DNA from: Ramazzottius varieornatus | Taxonomy: Eukaryota > Animalia > Tardigrada | NCBI GenBank assembly: GCA_001949185.1 | Contig: BDGG01000003.1 | Span: 252,679 to 316,678 of the forward strand | DNA: 64,000 bases | Reading direction: 5' to 3' | Part shown: piece after piece, positions 25,909-37,876 of the stretch | How the letters are laid out: each line of letters starts with the position of its first letter | Numbering within the stretch: the stretch's first letter is position 1 | Notes under the pieces: model-generated | What the model was told of the DNA's origin: nothing | The model's database searches: none | What the model saw: only the letters and a program-made list of their open reading frames with translations | Position numbers and translations under genes: made by a program

Positions 25909-28900
25909 CTATTTCGGCAGCGAATCTGTGAAAGAAAAATATTTATCAGCAGTTCTCCGAAATGTTTCGACCAAGGGAATACTTTCTCACCTTGAAGCCA
26001 TCTGACTTGCGTAGCCGGTCCATATCCCTTCTCGTTCTTGGCGGCAATGCGAAAGATGATGGCCGGTTTCTGGCCGTTGATGTCGTAGTAGGCGAAGCGC
26101 AGGCTCTCGTGAGTGATGGTGCAGGTCGGTGTTGGATTATCGTACACTTTGACGAAAGACAACTGATTGGTGGGAATGGGCACATCAGCCCGAGCGTTAT
26201 TCGGCTTCGTTGCCAGATAGACTGCATACTCTTGGATATTGTCCCCGTGGTTGGTCGGCGGCTCCCATGTCAGCAAAGCTCCTTCCGGACACTGCAAACA
26301 AGCAAGGCATCACCCATTACCTGCCATGATATGACCCACGACACACTATACACGTACATGTCATATTACACATCACACATTATACAGCTGTGTCAAACCA
26401 AGGGTTTTGCCGCTTTGGTGAAAATACGACCGACATGTCACACGACATAACCAGACCACCTTACAGAAGCCATATCACATGACATGACAACATATTATCC
26501 TTTCTACAGTGTGAATGGGGGACATCGAGTTTCTTCTCGATGATCCAGAAGAAACTCAATAGGGTTATGTTTTGCTGGGTGAGTTTGTTTTTCGATGGGA
26601 ACGGAAAACGCGACATGAGTTGCCTACTTTGGTGATTTTGATGTTGGAAGGTGCGCCAGGGAAGCCGGGCAAACACGTCTTGAAGGCGGACATTTCGCTC
26701 CAGGCGCCTCGGCCACATGAGTTGATTCCAGCCACCCGGAACTTGTAGGCTGTCCCAGGCTGCAACGGCATCAGTTTCGAAGCCACAGGAAGTCCATTCG
26801 AAGAGTCTGCCGGAGAAGCTGGTTTCGAAGTATCTAAACTAGCCGCACCCTCCTGAAAAAGACAGACGTGAAAACACATTTCACCTGGAAATTCTTGAAA
26901 ATATTCCGTCAAAATTAGAAAAGAATGTTGAAATGTACCTGAGACTGGGAGGCAGCGCTTTCAGGTTCAGCAGCAAGAACGTTCGGGTTGGTCGTGGCGA
27001 TCATGTAGTGTGTGACAGGAGCAGTGGCGTCATTGAAGATGCCCACAGTGTACCATTGCTTGAAGACTGGCGTCACTTCTTCCGTACCGATTCCGCTGGA
27101 CTTGGGACGGTCCTTGGGTTGTACTACACTTCCCGCTCGACTTAGAGGGGCTGCTGCAGTCGACAACGGACTGGCAGGAACACTGTCCGACGCTGATAAC
27201 AGAAAGACGAAAAATCATGCAAGATTGACGTATCGCTGGGTTGAGTGGCGCACGTCTCGTTATACTAGCTGGAAACGTGCGCCGCTTGGACTAACAATCT
27301 TGTACGTGTTGTTTGCCGGCGTCCCATTTGTTACAATTTGAAGAATCGCAAACTTCAACATCAAGCTTGATATTTCAAAAGAATAATCAAGTTTCAGACA
27401 GGTGAAACAGAAAGATACTTACAAGCGTTGACAGCGCCGGAAGAAGCGCCGATACCGCCTTCTTCCGTCTTGACAGGAGCAGGCTGGGACGCCGCTGGTT
27501 CATCTTTGTTTTCCGTCAAAGCACTGTTCGTCTGCTCGGATTTCGCTTCTTCCGAACCAATATTAACAGGCGCAGGTGCGTTCGGGTCTGCTGGCATGGA
27601 TGAGATCGTTGGGATGGTCACCTTGGCTGGTGCAGACAGTAACGGAACTGAGACAGGACGTGTGAGCCCCGAGACTTGAAGCGGGCCTTTCGCACCCACG
27701 GATGTCGCCAAACCTATAAAATGGAAGTGGGCAAGTGAGATATGAGAACGAACGATTGAAGGGTCGTAGATGAAGCAAGGAAACGCGCTAGCCAGAAGCC
27801 TGCATACAAGGAATCAGACGTTTTGTACTGCGAATCGTATGCAGGTGCACAAGTTGAGGCGTAAATCCAGCCTCATGAATCCAAATACAAGTTATTGGAG
27901 CCTGACTGTGCGTGCACGTATTCAGGTGACTGATTCACTGGACAGAACGATTTTTCGTATTTACCTGTTGCTTGTTGCGGAAGAAGTTTGACAACGGTGC
28001 TAGTACCGAGTGGGATCGGTGCCCCAGGTGTCAGCTGCAGCGCCTGACCACCCTTGTTCATCAACGTGACATACTGCGGTCCTCCTGCCGTGGGTTTACT
28101 GACAGCCACGCTCAGCTTGTTGCTAGTAGCTACTGTGGCAGTCGAAGTCGCTCCTGCCGCCGTCGGCGCGATGGCGCCTCCAGCTCGCGGGCTGGCTGCT
28201 GCGGAAGCGGGGGTGGGGGTAGACTCGTAAACTTGAATTTGCAGATGGTAACTGTCCGCTGAAAAATTAGAAAACCAGTCAGGAACCTGCATACAGCACA
28301 CGATACCATCTTCACAACGAATAGGTACGCAGGTGCATGAAACGCATAAAGCGAGTTCACGCTAATTTCTAACAAACTGAAAAAATATTACTCTTGTCCG
28401 CATGTTACTCATAACTGTTCAGTAAACTTACCAGTGACGGCGGGAGTCCAGTGAACGTCCAGCGAGGTTGTGGAGGCTCGTAGAAGCTGAACTTTGCCAG
28501 GTGCGGCAGGTTTAGCCGTCTCCAGAAACCACATGTCGCTGCAGCAAATCTGCAAAAAGCAAAACATTCGTAAGTTTTCGTCCGAAATAGTTTCCCGAAA
28601 ACTAAATACCTGTGAATTGCTATTTACGCTGGTCTGCTTCTTGTAACCGTCTCTCCCCGACCAAATGTACATACGATTGTGCACCATCGCTGCACAATGG
28701 CCAGCACGAGGTTCTGGGACCGTCAACGCCGACTTATCGTCCTCGTTGCTGCTTTCAAACTGATACGATTCCCAGTTCACCTTCCCTGCAACAGAAATCT
28801 TTAGAACTCAGCCAGCACACAGCAAGTACGGCATCTGCAAGCACGAGTATGTTCGCAAGTGCTTGCAAACAAAGGGAGATGACAGCCTACAGACCGGAAA

Positions 28901-30799
28901 ATATGTCTTCCCTATGTTTGACTGTATGCAGGTACCTGAAGTCTCACCTGAGCCAAGATCGAGGACTCCCAGGCTGTTTGTGCATTTCCATTCCTTCTGG
29001 AGGCTGGTCAAACTAAGGTTCGGGTCTCCTAGGGGTTGTGGTTGCGTTTCCGCGAACAAGGGCCCAAGTGTACCAGTCATGTTAATGCCTGCTAGTGCAG
29101 AGACATCGACGGGGGGTTTCTTTAAGTTGTCTCGCGGAACCCAGCCTCCAAAGATGAACATCTTATTCGAACCCACCACGGCTGAATGGAGACTGCGAGG
29201 CTCGGGAGGGATACCGGACACCATGGGCTTCGACCACGTCATCGTCTCTGGAAAGAAAAAAGTAAGCATGAATTACTTGACAATGTCTTGGAATATTCTA
29301 CCGTAATTTGGTTCGCCTGAAAATCATTCCCAGCCCATTTCCGGATTATTACATCGAACTGTTTTTTTCTCCGGAACCTGTCAAGGGTACAAATAATGAC
29401 TGAGGTTATTGAGCGATGAGACAATATTTACCGAGATCCAGAAACCAGAGATCGCCCAGCCTGGTTCCCATCATTCCGCCATACAGCACCAAGAAATCTT
29501 TCTGGTCAGGGGTCCCTTCACTCTTTCTCCAGTGTACCGTTGTATGGGATTCTCTCGGTCCCGGTGAAGTTCCCACCGTCTCCGGAAGCTCCCACTGGTG
29601 GGGATTCTTCGAGACATCCAAAACGTAGAGATCGTTCAGATATCGGAACGGCATGTACCTGCATACATCAATCAAGGCTCATCAAGCAAAGCAATCAAGC
29701 GAAAGCAAACGCTTACCGTGCTGAATGAGCTTTTGGATCGGGTGCTGCGTTGCAGAGTCCTCCGAACAGGTAGATCTTCTTGTTCACGAGGGTGAAACTG
29801 TGACCAAGACGTGCACACGGAGGTGGACCGTTGCGCGGAGCCTTCGGTCGAAGCTTCTTCCACTCCCACTTGGTAGCCTGCAGCTCGTAGAGATCGCTGG
29901 AGTATTTGCCATACTCCAGCATGCCACCATGGACTAACAGCCGCGTATTCTCCACCACGAAGCCGAACGCTACGACAAAACTTGCAGTCTTCCCTTCTCT
30001 AGCGGACATCATTTTCCACTCACCTGCACATCCTGGAGGAACGTCGCCTTTGCACTGTGGAACAAACCAAGCGTTTTGCGCTGCAAAGAAACGAACACAA
30101 CTGGTTAGATCAATCAAGCAAGCCAATCAACCGACAAGGCCGTGCCAAACAGTGCATCAGGCTGTCAGCTGTTTGACTGTGTTTTCCCAGTTAGCTGACC
30201 ACGACGATTTGTGCATGAGCGCCCGCAATACGATACCGCCGCGCCACCCCTCGGCTTGCATGCTATACATGACGTCACAGCCGCACTGCAAGGGCTACCG
30301 CACGCAACGTAAGAAACCTGACGTAATGTCGGTAGCGAATACGTCACCAGGTGGTGCCACCGTTTGCGGTTGCGCGCACGCAGAACAAAATGGCTGCTAG
30401 CCGGCACTTGTTCTGGCTCCACATTTCGCGGCTTCACGGAGCTGCTTTTCCGTGCGAGACAAAAATAAAAAAAGCTGACATGTTGATTCAACCGAGCAGA
30501 CGTTACATCATGCCATCATGGAGGCGCTTTTAAGTAGAGCTGGCAGCACCCCACTACGTAGCAGGAGTCTACTTTCGGTGAGGACACCGAGAAAGGAACA
30601 CCGAGAACTTACTGGTGTTGAAGACATGTAGTTCATCGATGATTCCTTCGTTTCCTCCACCAAACACTATGATAAGCTCCTTAATTTGCACCGCACGATG
30701 TCCATGTCGCGGCTTGGGCAATGAGTCGGGATTGGCTGCCCCCGTATCGTTGGTTTTCCTCCACTTGTACGGGCAAAGTGCAGCCACATTCTCCGCCAT
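25909..30799 (-). CDS. HCF: Host cell factor (Kelch repeats plus FN3), multi-exon
   Basis: [35 protein letters not shown]; [24 protein letters not shown]; [18 protein letters not shown]; [12 protein letters not shown]; [25 protein letters not shown]. Last micro-exon DSLPK*. Confidence 0.95.
27243..27320. repeat. Intronic palindromic element (core 27243-27287) in an HCF intron
   Basis: GAGTGGCGCAC-23-GTGCGCCGCTT followed by AACAATCTTGTAC..GTTTGCCGGC. Confidence 0.85.
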
Positions 30800-31222
30800 C
30801 GAGGATTTTGCAAATGGTCGTCAGAACAAAAGTCAGGACAAACTTTGCTCCAGGAGACAACCACGGAGAACGTTAAGTCAAACTGTTGGACTTCGTGGTG
30901 AAGTAAGTCAGGCCGTTTGACTTTTATGGTCTTTTAGGCTGCTCAATCAAACTATTTGATTGTTCGTACAAAATGTCATTCAGGCGCCGTTCCGCTTGGA
31001 ACTGACGCTCCGTTTGCGTTCCGTCGCATGATTTCATAGCGGAATACGTGATACTGTACGGCTCACCACAAGATGTGCATCACGTGCAGTTCCAGTTCGC
31101 GACCTCGCACTGTCCATTGCGTCAATTCCTTGTTTTCCAGTGAATCTGCGATAATATTCCATGCTCTTTCATTCCATGTCCCTGCTGATGCTGATCTGAT
31201 AGGAAAATCTTCACCAGGAAAC

Positions 31223-32483
31223 ATGTCCGCGTTGAGAGAGCTGTATCCTGTCAACCCCCGTGTCCCACAAAGCATCAGAGAATCCAGCGAAGCACCATCT
31301 TCATCTGCTCGTCATCACAAGAGAGACGACAGCATCATCTCGAATCTCAACATCAACATCACCAGCACCTCCACAGTTTCTTCTTCCAACTTTAAAGTCA
31401 AACAGAAACAGCATAGAGAGTTCCACAAGGCCATCAGTAAAGCAGAAGCGTCGCTGAATCTCGCCGCCCGTGTATTGAGCGATCTGGAAAATGCCTCCAC
31501 TCAGAATACCCTGACGCGCGCAGTTGATCTTCTCGGTGATTCTCCTGATGCAACTTTCCAGAGCGAGAACGGAGCAGAAGGTTCCAGACCTATGATGGAG
31601 CTAATGGCCAGGATCGGACCTGCAGCGTGCCTTCCCATCATGCTCGGAATGCAGGAGAAAATCGGAGCCGCACTCCACAGTTACAAGTACGTACTTGTTG
31701 TTTCCATCGTTCATGACGTCACCTGGGTTGGCATCGTGTGCAACAGGTGCTGGTCACGTTCCAGCTTATCGTGACGTCGTGGACGAGTATCCACAAGATC
31801 TGTCTCCGCACAGCCCTAAGGCGGCCAAGTTGCAGGAGGCGGCCGTGTCCAGAACGGCCTTGCGTTGTGTCTGGCAGAGCCTCGTCAAAATTTGTTGTAT
31901 ACTGGAGTTGAGTCTGTTGTCGGTGCTTTTTCCAGCACGTACCTCCTCGCGTTGGAGCAGTTACTGGAAGACGCCTGCGCGTCAGAAGAAGACGGCGGCC
32001 TGCTGGAGCCGGAACTTTCAACCATCTACAGCCATTTAGAAACTACGCTGAACGATGTTCGCGTGCTCCGCCATCAGAAAGACTGCCTGGATAAAGCTGT
32101 GGACCTTTTACAACAATATGCCGAAGCTGGCGGCGTAGAAGTCTCATTGACAGACAGTGTGGAGAACTTTCGTGCTCGAGAGGTGCTGTTTGGTATGCCT
32201 ACCGTGGAACCTGGAGTAACCGTGAAGAAGCCAATGGACAAGAAAATCGAACAACGCGTTGAACGATGGCAAGATCTTTTAAAATCCCGAAGTATTCCAA
32301 GCACGATTTTTTCTCAAGCTCGTACATTGAAGTCTCTTCAATTTTGTAGACGTCGGTCGACCAGTAGAAGGCTCGACGCAGTTCCGCGGGTTGGAATATG
32401 GGCAGAACTCTCAAGTGGACGGTTTTCCTGATGACGAGTCGATGGCTTCCGACGGTGAGGCGGGACAGAGTCTGGAACTTTAA
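31223..32483 (+). CDS. Uncharacterised, probably helical protein (about 4 exons), divergently transcribed from HCF
   Basis: Long consecutive ORFs (31073-31774, 31695-32039, 31865-32431) joined by short canonical introns; acidic C-terminus ...DDESMASDGEAGQSLEL*. No recognisable family motif. Confidence 0.65.
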
Positions 32484-33088
32484 CATCTAAGACTCTTGCA
32501 CTCTCGGGAAGTTTGACGAGCCTTTGATTCATTTCTGAATAGCAAACTCCTCCGCCAAGTCTCTTTTCCAACAGTTAATTATCTTTGCATTCTTCGCCCT
32601 GTTCACCGTTTGATTTGCTGCGAGGTGCTTACTCTAGTGAACCTACCGGAACATTAAACAGGTGGTTTTAACTGAAAACAGATCTAAGAAAAGTGCTCGC
32701 TATGCATCTGTTGCGCAGCATTAAGAACCTTGATCTGTACAGCATCCCTTTCTTCGCGTACATTCTCACGCATCAAACCGATGCATATTATTCATGCCAA
32801 CAGGAGAACAACACTGAGACCAGGTCGATTACGATACGCACGCAGTACTGTAACTCAGACTAGCCACAACCGCGCCCAGGTCAAAATCATTAAAAACATA
32901 CTGTACCACAGAATGCTGGAGGAAAGGCGACCGCCATTCCAATGTTCGAACTACGTCTTAAACTCTACAAAGTAATCACACATGCATCGCCCTTCTGAAA
33001 ATGGTCGGCTTTCACTAAAACTCTTAACTGCAGAAACTAATTGCGAAAGCTCAATGTGTCAAAAAGAAAGATTTTTTACGCATGACCA

Positions 33089-36000
33089 CTAATGAGAAGC
33101 GTGAAAGAGCGGGCGATAAATGTTCAAATATTGCCCGTGAGGCTGTTCGTGGCCGCTCCTCCTGACGTCGTTCTCAAAGTCGAAGCTGGCGACAGAGTTT
33201 TCCGGTCTCATGAATGTCGTCGTCGAAGTGGAGGTGCTAAAGCCTGTATTGACCATGCTAGGGTCCACATCTAGCTTCTTCAGACCTAATTTTCTGACAA
33301 GCGCCACGAAGATGATCGGAATGATACCGGCGAAAATTAGCGTAACGCAGACGACTTGCGCCCAGATTGGATAATCCAATGTATGCGTTGATGCCTAAAA
33401 TCCAATACACACACTATCGTAGTGAAATGCAGGAAGTCTCCAAAAATTCTGTTAAATTTCTTCCATGCGAGTTGCGAAGATTTTCAGTCCAGCGTACTGT
33501 TTTCCGAACAAACTGGTTTTCAAACTTTTGAGGCGCTCACATCAATTGATAATGATTGGACTTACGGTGTCGATATCGTACGCGGAATAGTTGATGCCAT
33601 TTTTCACCCGCATGACGATAGACGCCGCAAGTACCAGGACGATGACGGCGGGTGCAAGGAATTTCAGCGTTATGGACCAATAAAGGCTGAGAGTTTGACC
33701 TGTCATTTCTTTCACGTCCGCTGCGAACCTACCGGCAAAAGCTTCTTGTCACGAAACTCCGTTGAAAATGGACAGCTTCGTTCCATTTGTTACCTTGCAT
33801 ATCCGTAAATCCAGCACACGGCTATCATTTCCAGCAGGGCGATGACCATCAAAGAAAATGTACCGACGAATGTGTCGAACATTCCGATCCAGTAAAGTCC
33901 GGATTTGGTGACGAAGAGAAGTCCGATGATGAACGAACCTGCACAAATTATCGCTGAAAGAGAAAACCATATTGCAGAAGGAAAACAGATAACATGCTTG
34001 TTAGGGTTCGAAAGGGTAATAATAGATTATCGGGTAAACCTGAGAGGACTTGTTTCTTCAGCCAAGGAAACAGCTTCAAGTCGAATATGCTAGTCTGTAT
34101 GCCAGCCAGGTTGCCGAACATGGAACCCATGCCCAAGGCCAGCAGCATGGTGAAGAAAAGGATGGACCAGATAGGCGCCCAGGGGAGTTCGACGATGGCT
34201 TGAGTGAAGACGATGAACGCCAACCCGGTTCCTTCCGCTGCCTGAAAACCAAGTTTAACATTGCGTTTCTTGGAAAGGTGGAAGCTTGAAGGTGATGGGT
34301 TTGCTATTGTACCTCGGTCATTAATTTTGGTAGACTGCAGCTACTGTTGGTAAAAGTGCCGTTGGGCAGATGAAACAAGGAAGGATTCTTAGTCAGCATG
34401 GCGTGATAGTTGACGCAGTGTTCGGGAGTATCCGTGGCGTAAGTCAGTTCTGCCGGAGTCAACTTCAATATCGGTGCGAGTTCCCGGATCTCTCTATACG
34501 ATAGAATCAGTCGATCTTATGTCACAGAAAGGAACAGAAAATTACCTGCATAAAGAGTCGTATACATCAAAGAACATCGACGAACCCGAAACACTCATTT
34601 GATCATCATTATCATCGTGGAAAAGAACCAAGAAAAGTGAAGAAAAGCGAAGATTCCCACATAGTTAAAATGTCACTTGGCCAATTCTTAGACCGTAGAA
34701 CGCATCAAGCCAAACCTTGACGACGTTAGCACATTCAGGAACGGGGATAGAATTTTTGAACACCGATTATACTGAGAAGAAAAATGTACAGAGTCAGTTC
34801 GTACCTGCAGGCGCAGTTTTCCAGCTGGACGGTTGCTTTGAACCCCAAAATGGCAAAGACCACCACACTGGCGAAGATGGCCGTGAAGGCGTTCGTCAGG
34901 GACACGAAGACCGCATCCCTCGTGAATTTATTCTTGGTCGGGTTGTAAGAGCCGAAGGCGATCAGCGAGCCGAAGCCCAGCCCCAGCGAGTAGAAGATTT
35001 GAGTAGCGGCGTCCAGCCAGACAATCGGGTCTTTCAGCTTCTCCATCTGGGGTGTGAAGAGGAACCGAAGACCGTCCACTGCCCCACGCAGCGTCACGGC
35101 TCGACCCAGGAAAATAACTAGGACGACGTACGGAAAGCCCGCCGTGAAGTACATGATCTTTCCAGAGTTCTCGATACCCCGTGCCATGCAGACGAAAATG
35201 AGAATCCACGACACCGCCATGCAGCCGGCTAATTTCCTTTGCATGCCGCCGAAGTCGTTGATGGAAGGTGTCACGTCCAGTGTCTCTCGAAACCTGTCGT
35301 GAAAGAATGAAAAGGTCAAAACAGGCTAGTCGAAAACAAAGTGATGATCCAAACTGATGAGATGAAAAGGGGAATTCTCTACCGACCAGAAGTAGGCGGT
35401 GGGTGAGCTGGCCACACATTCAGTCACCGGAATCGTCGAGTTAGAGTACATGTCGACGGTGGAAGGGCAGTCGGACCATGGAAGTCGGGTTTGTAGGGAG
35501 GAGAAGAGGTAAAAGAAGCACCATGTGATGACGCCAGTGTAATAGATACCGACCAACAGTGACACCAGTGCGCATGATATTCCCAGTCCGCCGAGTAGCG
35601 GATGAATCTTGCTCCATACCCCGATGGAACCCATGCGTAAGCGTTGACCAATACCCAACTCCAGGACGCAGAGTGGTATTCCCTACAGAGAGCAGAAGCC
35701 ACAGTGTTCGTTTGAGCCAAGTATGGCATCGTGGAATGAGGTAAACATAGGAAAAGTGCAAAATCGCGCATACCTACCTCAACGAATAACATTATAAAGT
35801 ACGGTATCAGGAATGCCCCTAAAGAAAAAATTATCCAGATGATTTCGGTACGATTTTCTTGTGGCGAAACTTGCGATACGCACCGCCTCCATTTTGCTGG
35901 CATAGATATGGGAATCTCCACACATTTCCTAATCCTGTAAATCCAGTACGACTATGAATGATTTACGGCAAGGAAGAAGATTGTTGGTTGCCCACAACAG

Positions 36001-36400
36001 CAAGTGTTCATTTGCAACCAGGAAGTTGTGAATAATGCGAGTGTGTTGACTAACCGACTGCATAAGCAACAACACTAAGGAGGAACTGGACCTTGCTCCC
36101 CCATCCCTGTCGTTCCTCTTCCGAGTCCGCTGATGAAATACCTGCCAAGTCCAGTCCTCCTTCACTTTCATCAATGCCATCCAAAATAAAACTGGCCGGC
36201 TTATCCTCAGCCTCCTTCGCTTTATCGAAATTATTCACAGCAGAGTTCCGCATGGTGGCGTATTTCCCCGCATCCAGACGCAGTGGGGTAATTTCCAAAG
36301 CTGAGCTCTCCATCTCAGCCAACATTTCTTTGGAGTTCCTCCTTAATTTTTCCATGTCTAATACGTTACCAAAAACATCCACTAAAATTCTCAACGACAT
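33089..36400 (-). CDS. SLC6 sodium:neurotransmitter symporter, neutral amino acid/orphan subfamily (SLC6A15/17-like)
   Basis: [99 protein letters not shown]. Start could be 36355. Confidence 0.93.
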
Positions 36401-37876
36401 CCAGAAAAGTTACAGGAAGCTCGAAACTTCAAAGAAACAGTGATCTTTAATGTATATCCACGCCCATTCAAGACTCAACTGAAACACTACGTAACACACT
36501 GACCTTACCTTCTTATACCACCACCATCGACTTTCGGACAAATTCGTTCGAGTCTGGCGCAAACGATGTTCAAACGTCGTCATAAAGAATGAACGCGGAA
36601 GAGACAAATTAAGTTAAGGCTTATGCTTTGTGCCATCAAAGTTCAGGACCTAGAAAACAGAGGTGCCAAAAAAATGCGCCGGTGAACGATTTGGATCGGA
36701 TTCAAGGTGCGAACTTTCACTCATTCACTCTCTCACTTACTCACTCACTCACAGTGTTGATCCGAGTACTTCCGATGGGATTTCCCTATAGGTGGGCAAA
36801 CAACTAAGATTAATCATGTAAAGTGGTGCGGAGAAAAGTTTGCCGGGTGCGGGATGATGTAAGGGGAGCATTTAACTAGGTTAATTTCCGTTTGACGTGG
36901 TTGCATCTCACTGCGCACATCATTGCATCACGCCATCTAATTGGCCCAACTTTTTCCAACCCCGCAATTAAATGAAAACATCAAACTGCGCTTTATCTCA
37001 CAGACACGATGAACAGCTCAACAAGGATGTAAATCAGATCATTTTCATCAAGAAATAGTGTTCCCGGCCGAGTACACCGGATGCAATCTCAGGCAACGGC
37101 CTCAGTTGTATGACGCGGGACTCACCAGAAAATTGGTTATGCGCCATTGATGTTGATCTCTTCACACTCCGTTGCCTCGTTTGGTTCCACAAGGATGCTT
37201 CTGTGTCTGGAAGAAAATAAAAGGCTAGAGGGCGGATTTCCTAATCACAGGAAGAACTTCGTGCCATTTTGTTTTTTGACCCGCAAGTTACCGTCATTTC
37301 CACTCCGTCTTCATTCTTCACATATATTCATTCCTGAAACTATTCTTCAAGTATCGTATCGCTTTTGCTGAACTCCGACATTAATATTTACTGTAGAACC
37401 CCCTTCCAAATTTCTTTCTCGTTTCCTTCATCGAAGGAAATCCGGCAAACTAAAATGAGCATATTTCGTGAGCCTCCATACAACGGGCCGCATCACTTGC
37501 GTTGCTCGAGCGTATGTAGGTGCGTGTAGCACGGGTAGTTTCTGTCTGCAGGCGCCGTAATTCAGAAAGAAACACATCGAAAATATTCTTCAACTTATAC
37601 TCATGACTCATTCACCAAAGCACAACATCCTAAGAGGTTCTTCCTTCATACATAACAGATCAACAATGCAGTTTCCCCCGATAAGACTAAAGCACACACA
37701 ATCAGCGGTAAAAGGTTTCATTAATCAGAATTCGGAACGAAAGCCTCTATAATTCCAAACTAAAGAACAAGAAATGCTGAGAAATGGTATTTATGAAGCA
37801 GAAAGAGCTGCATAGTTCAAGGATGAAGAGACTGGTCTGGCGAAAGAGACAGAAAAAGGAATTCAAACTGTACCGA

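Noticed and set aside
26320-26500. Degenerate ACATG/ACACG pentamer periodicity in an HCF intron
   Set aside because: Looks like a decayed microsatellite with no further structure.
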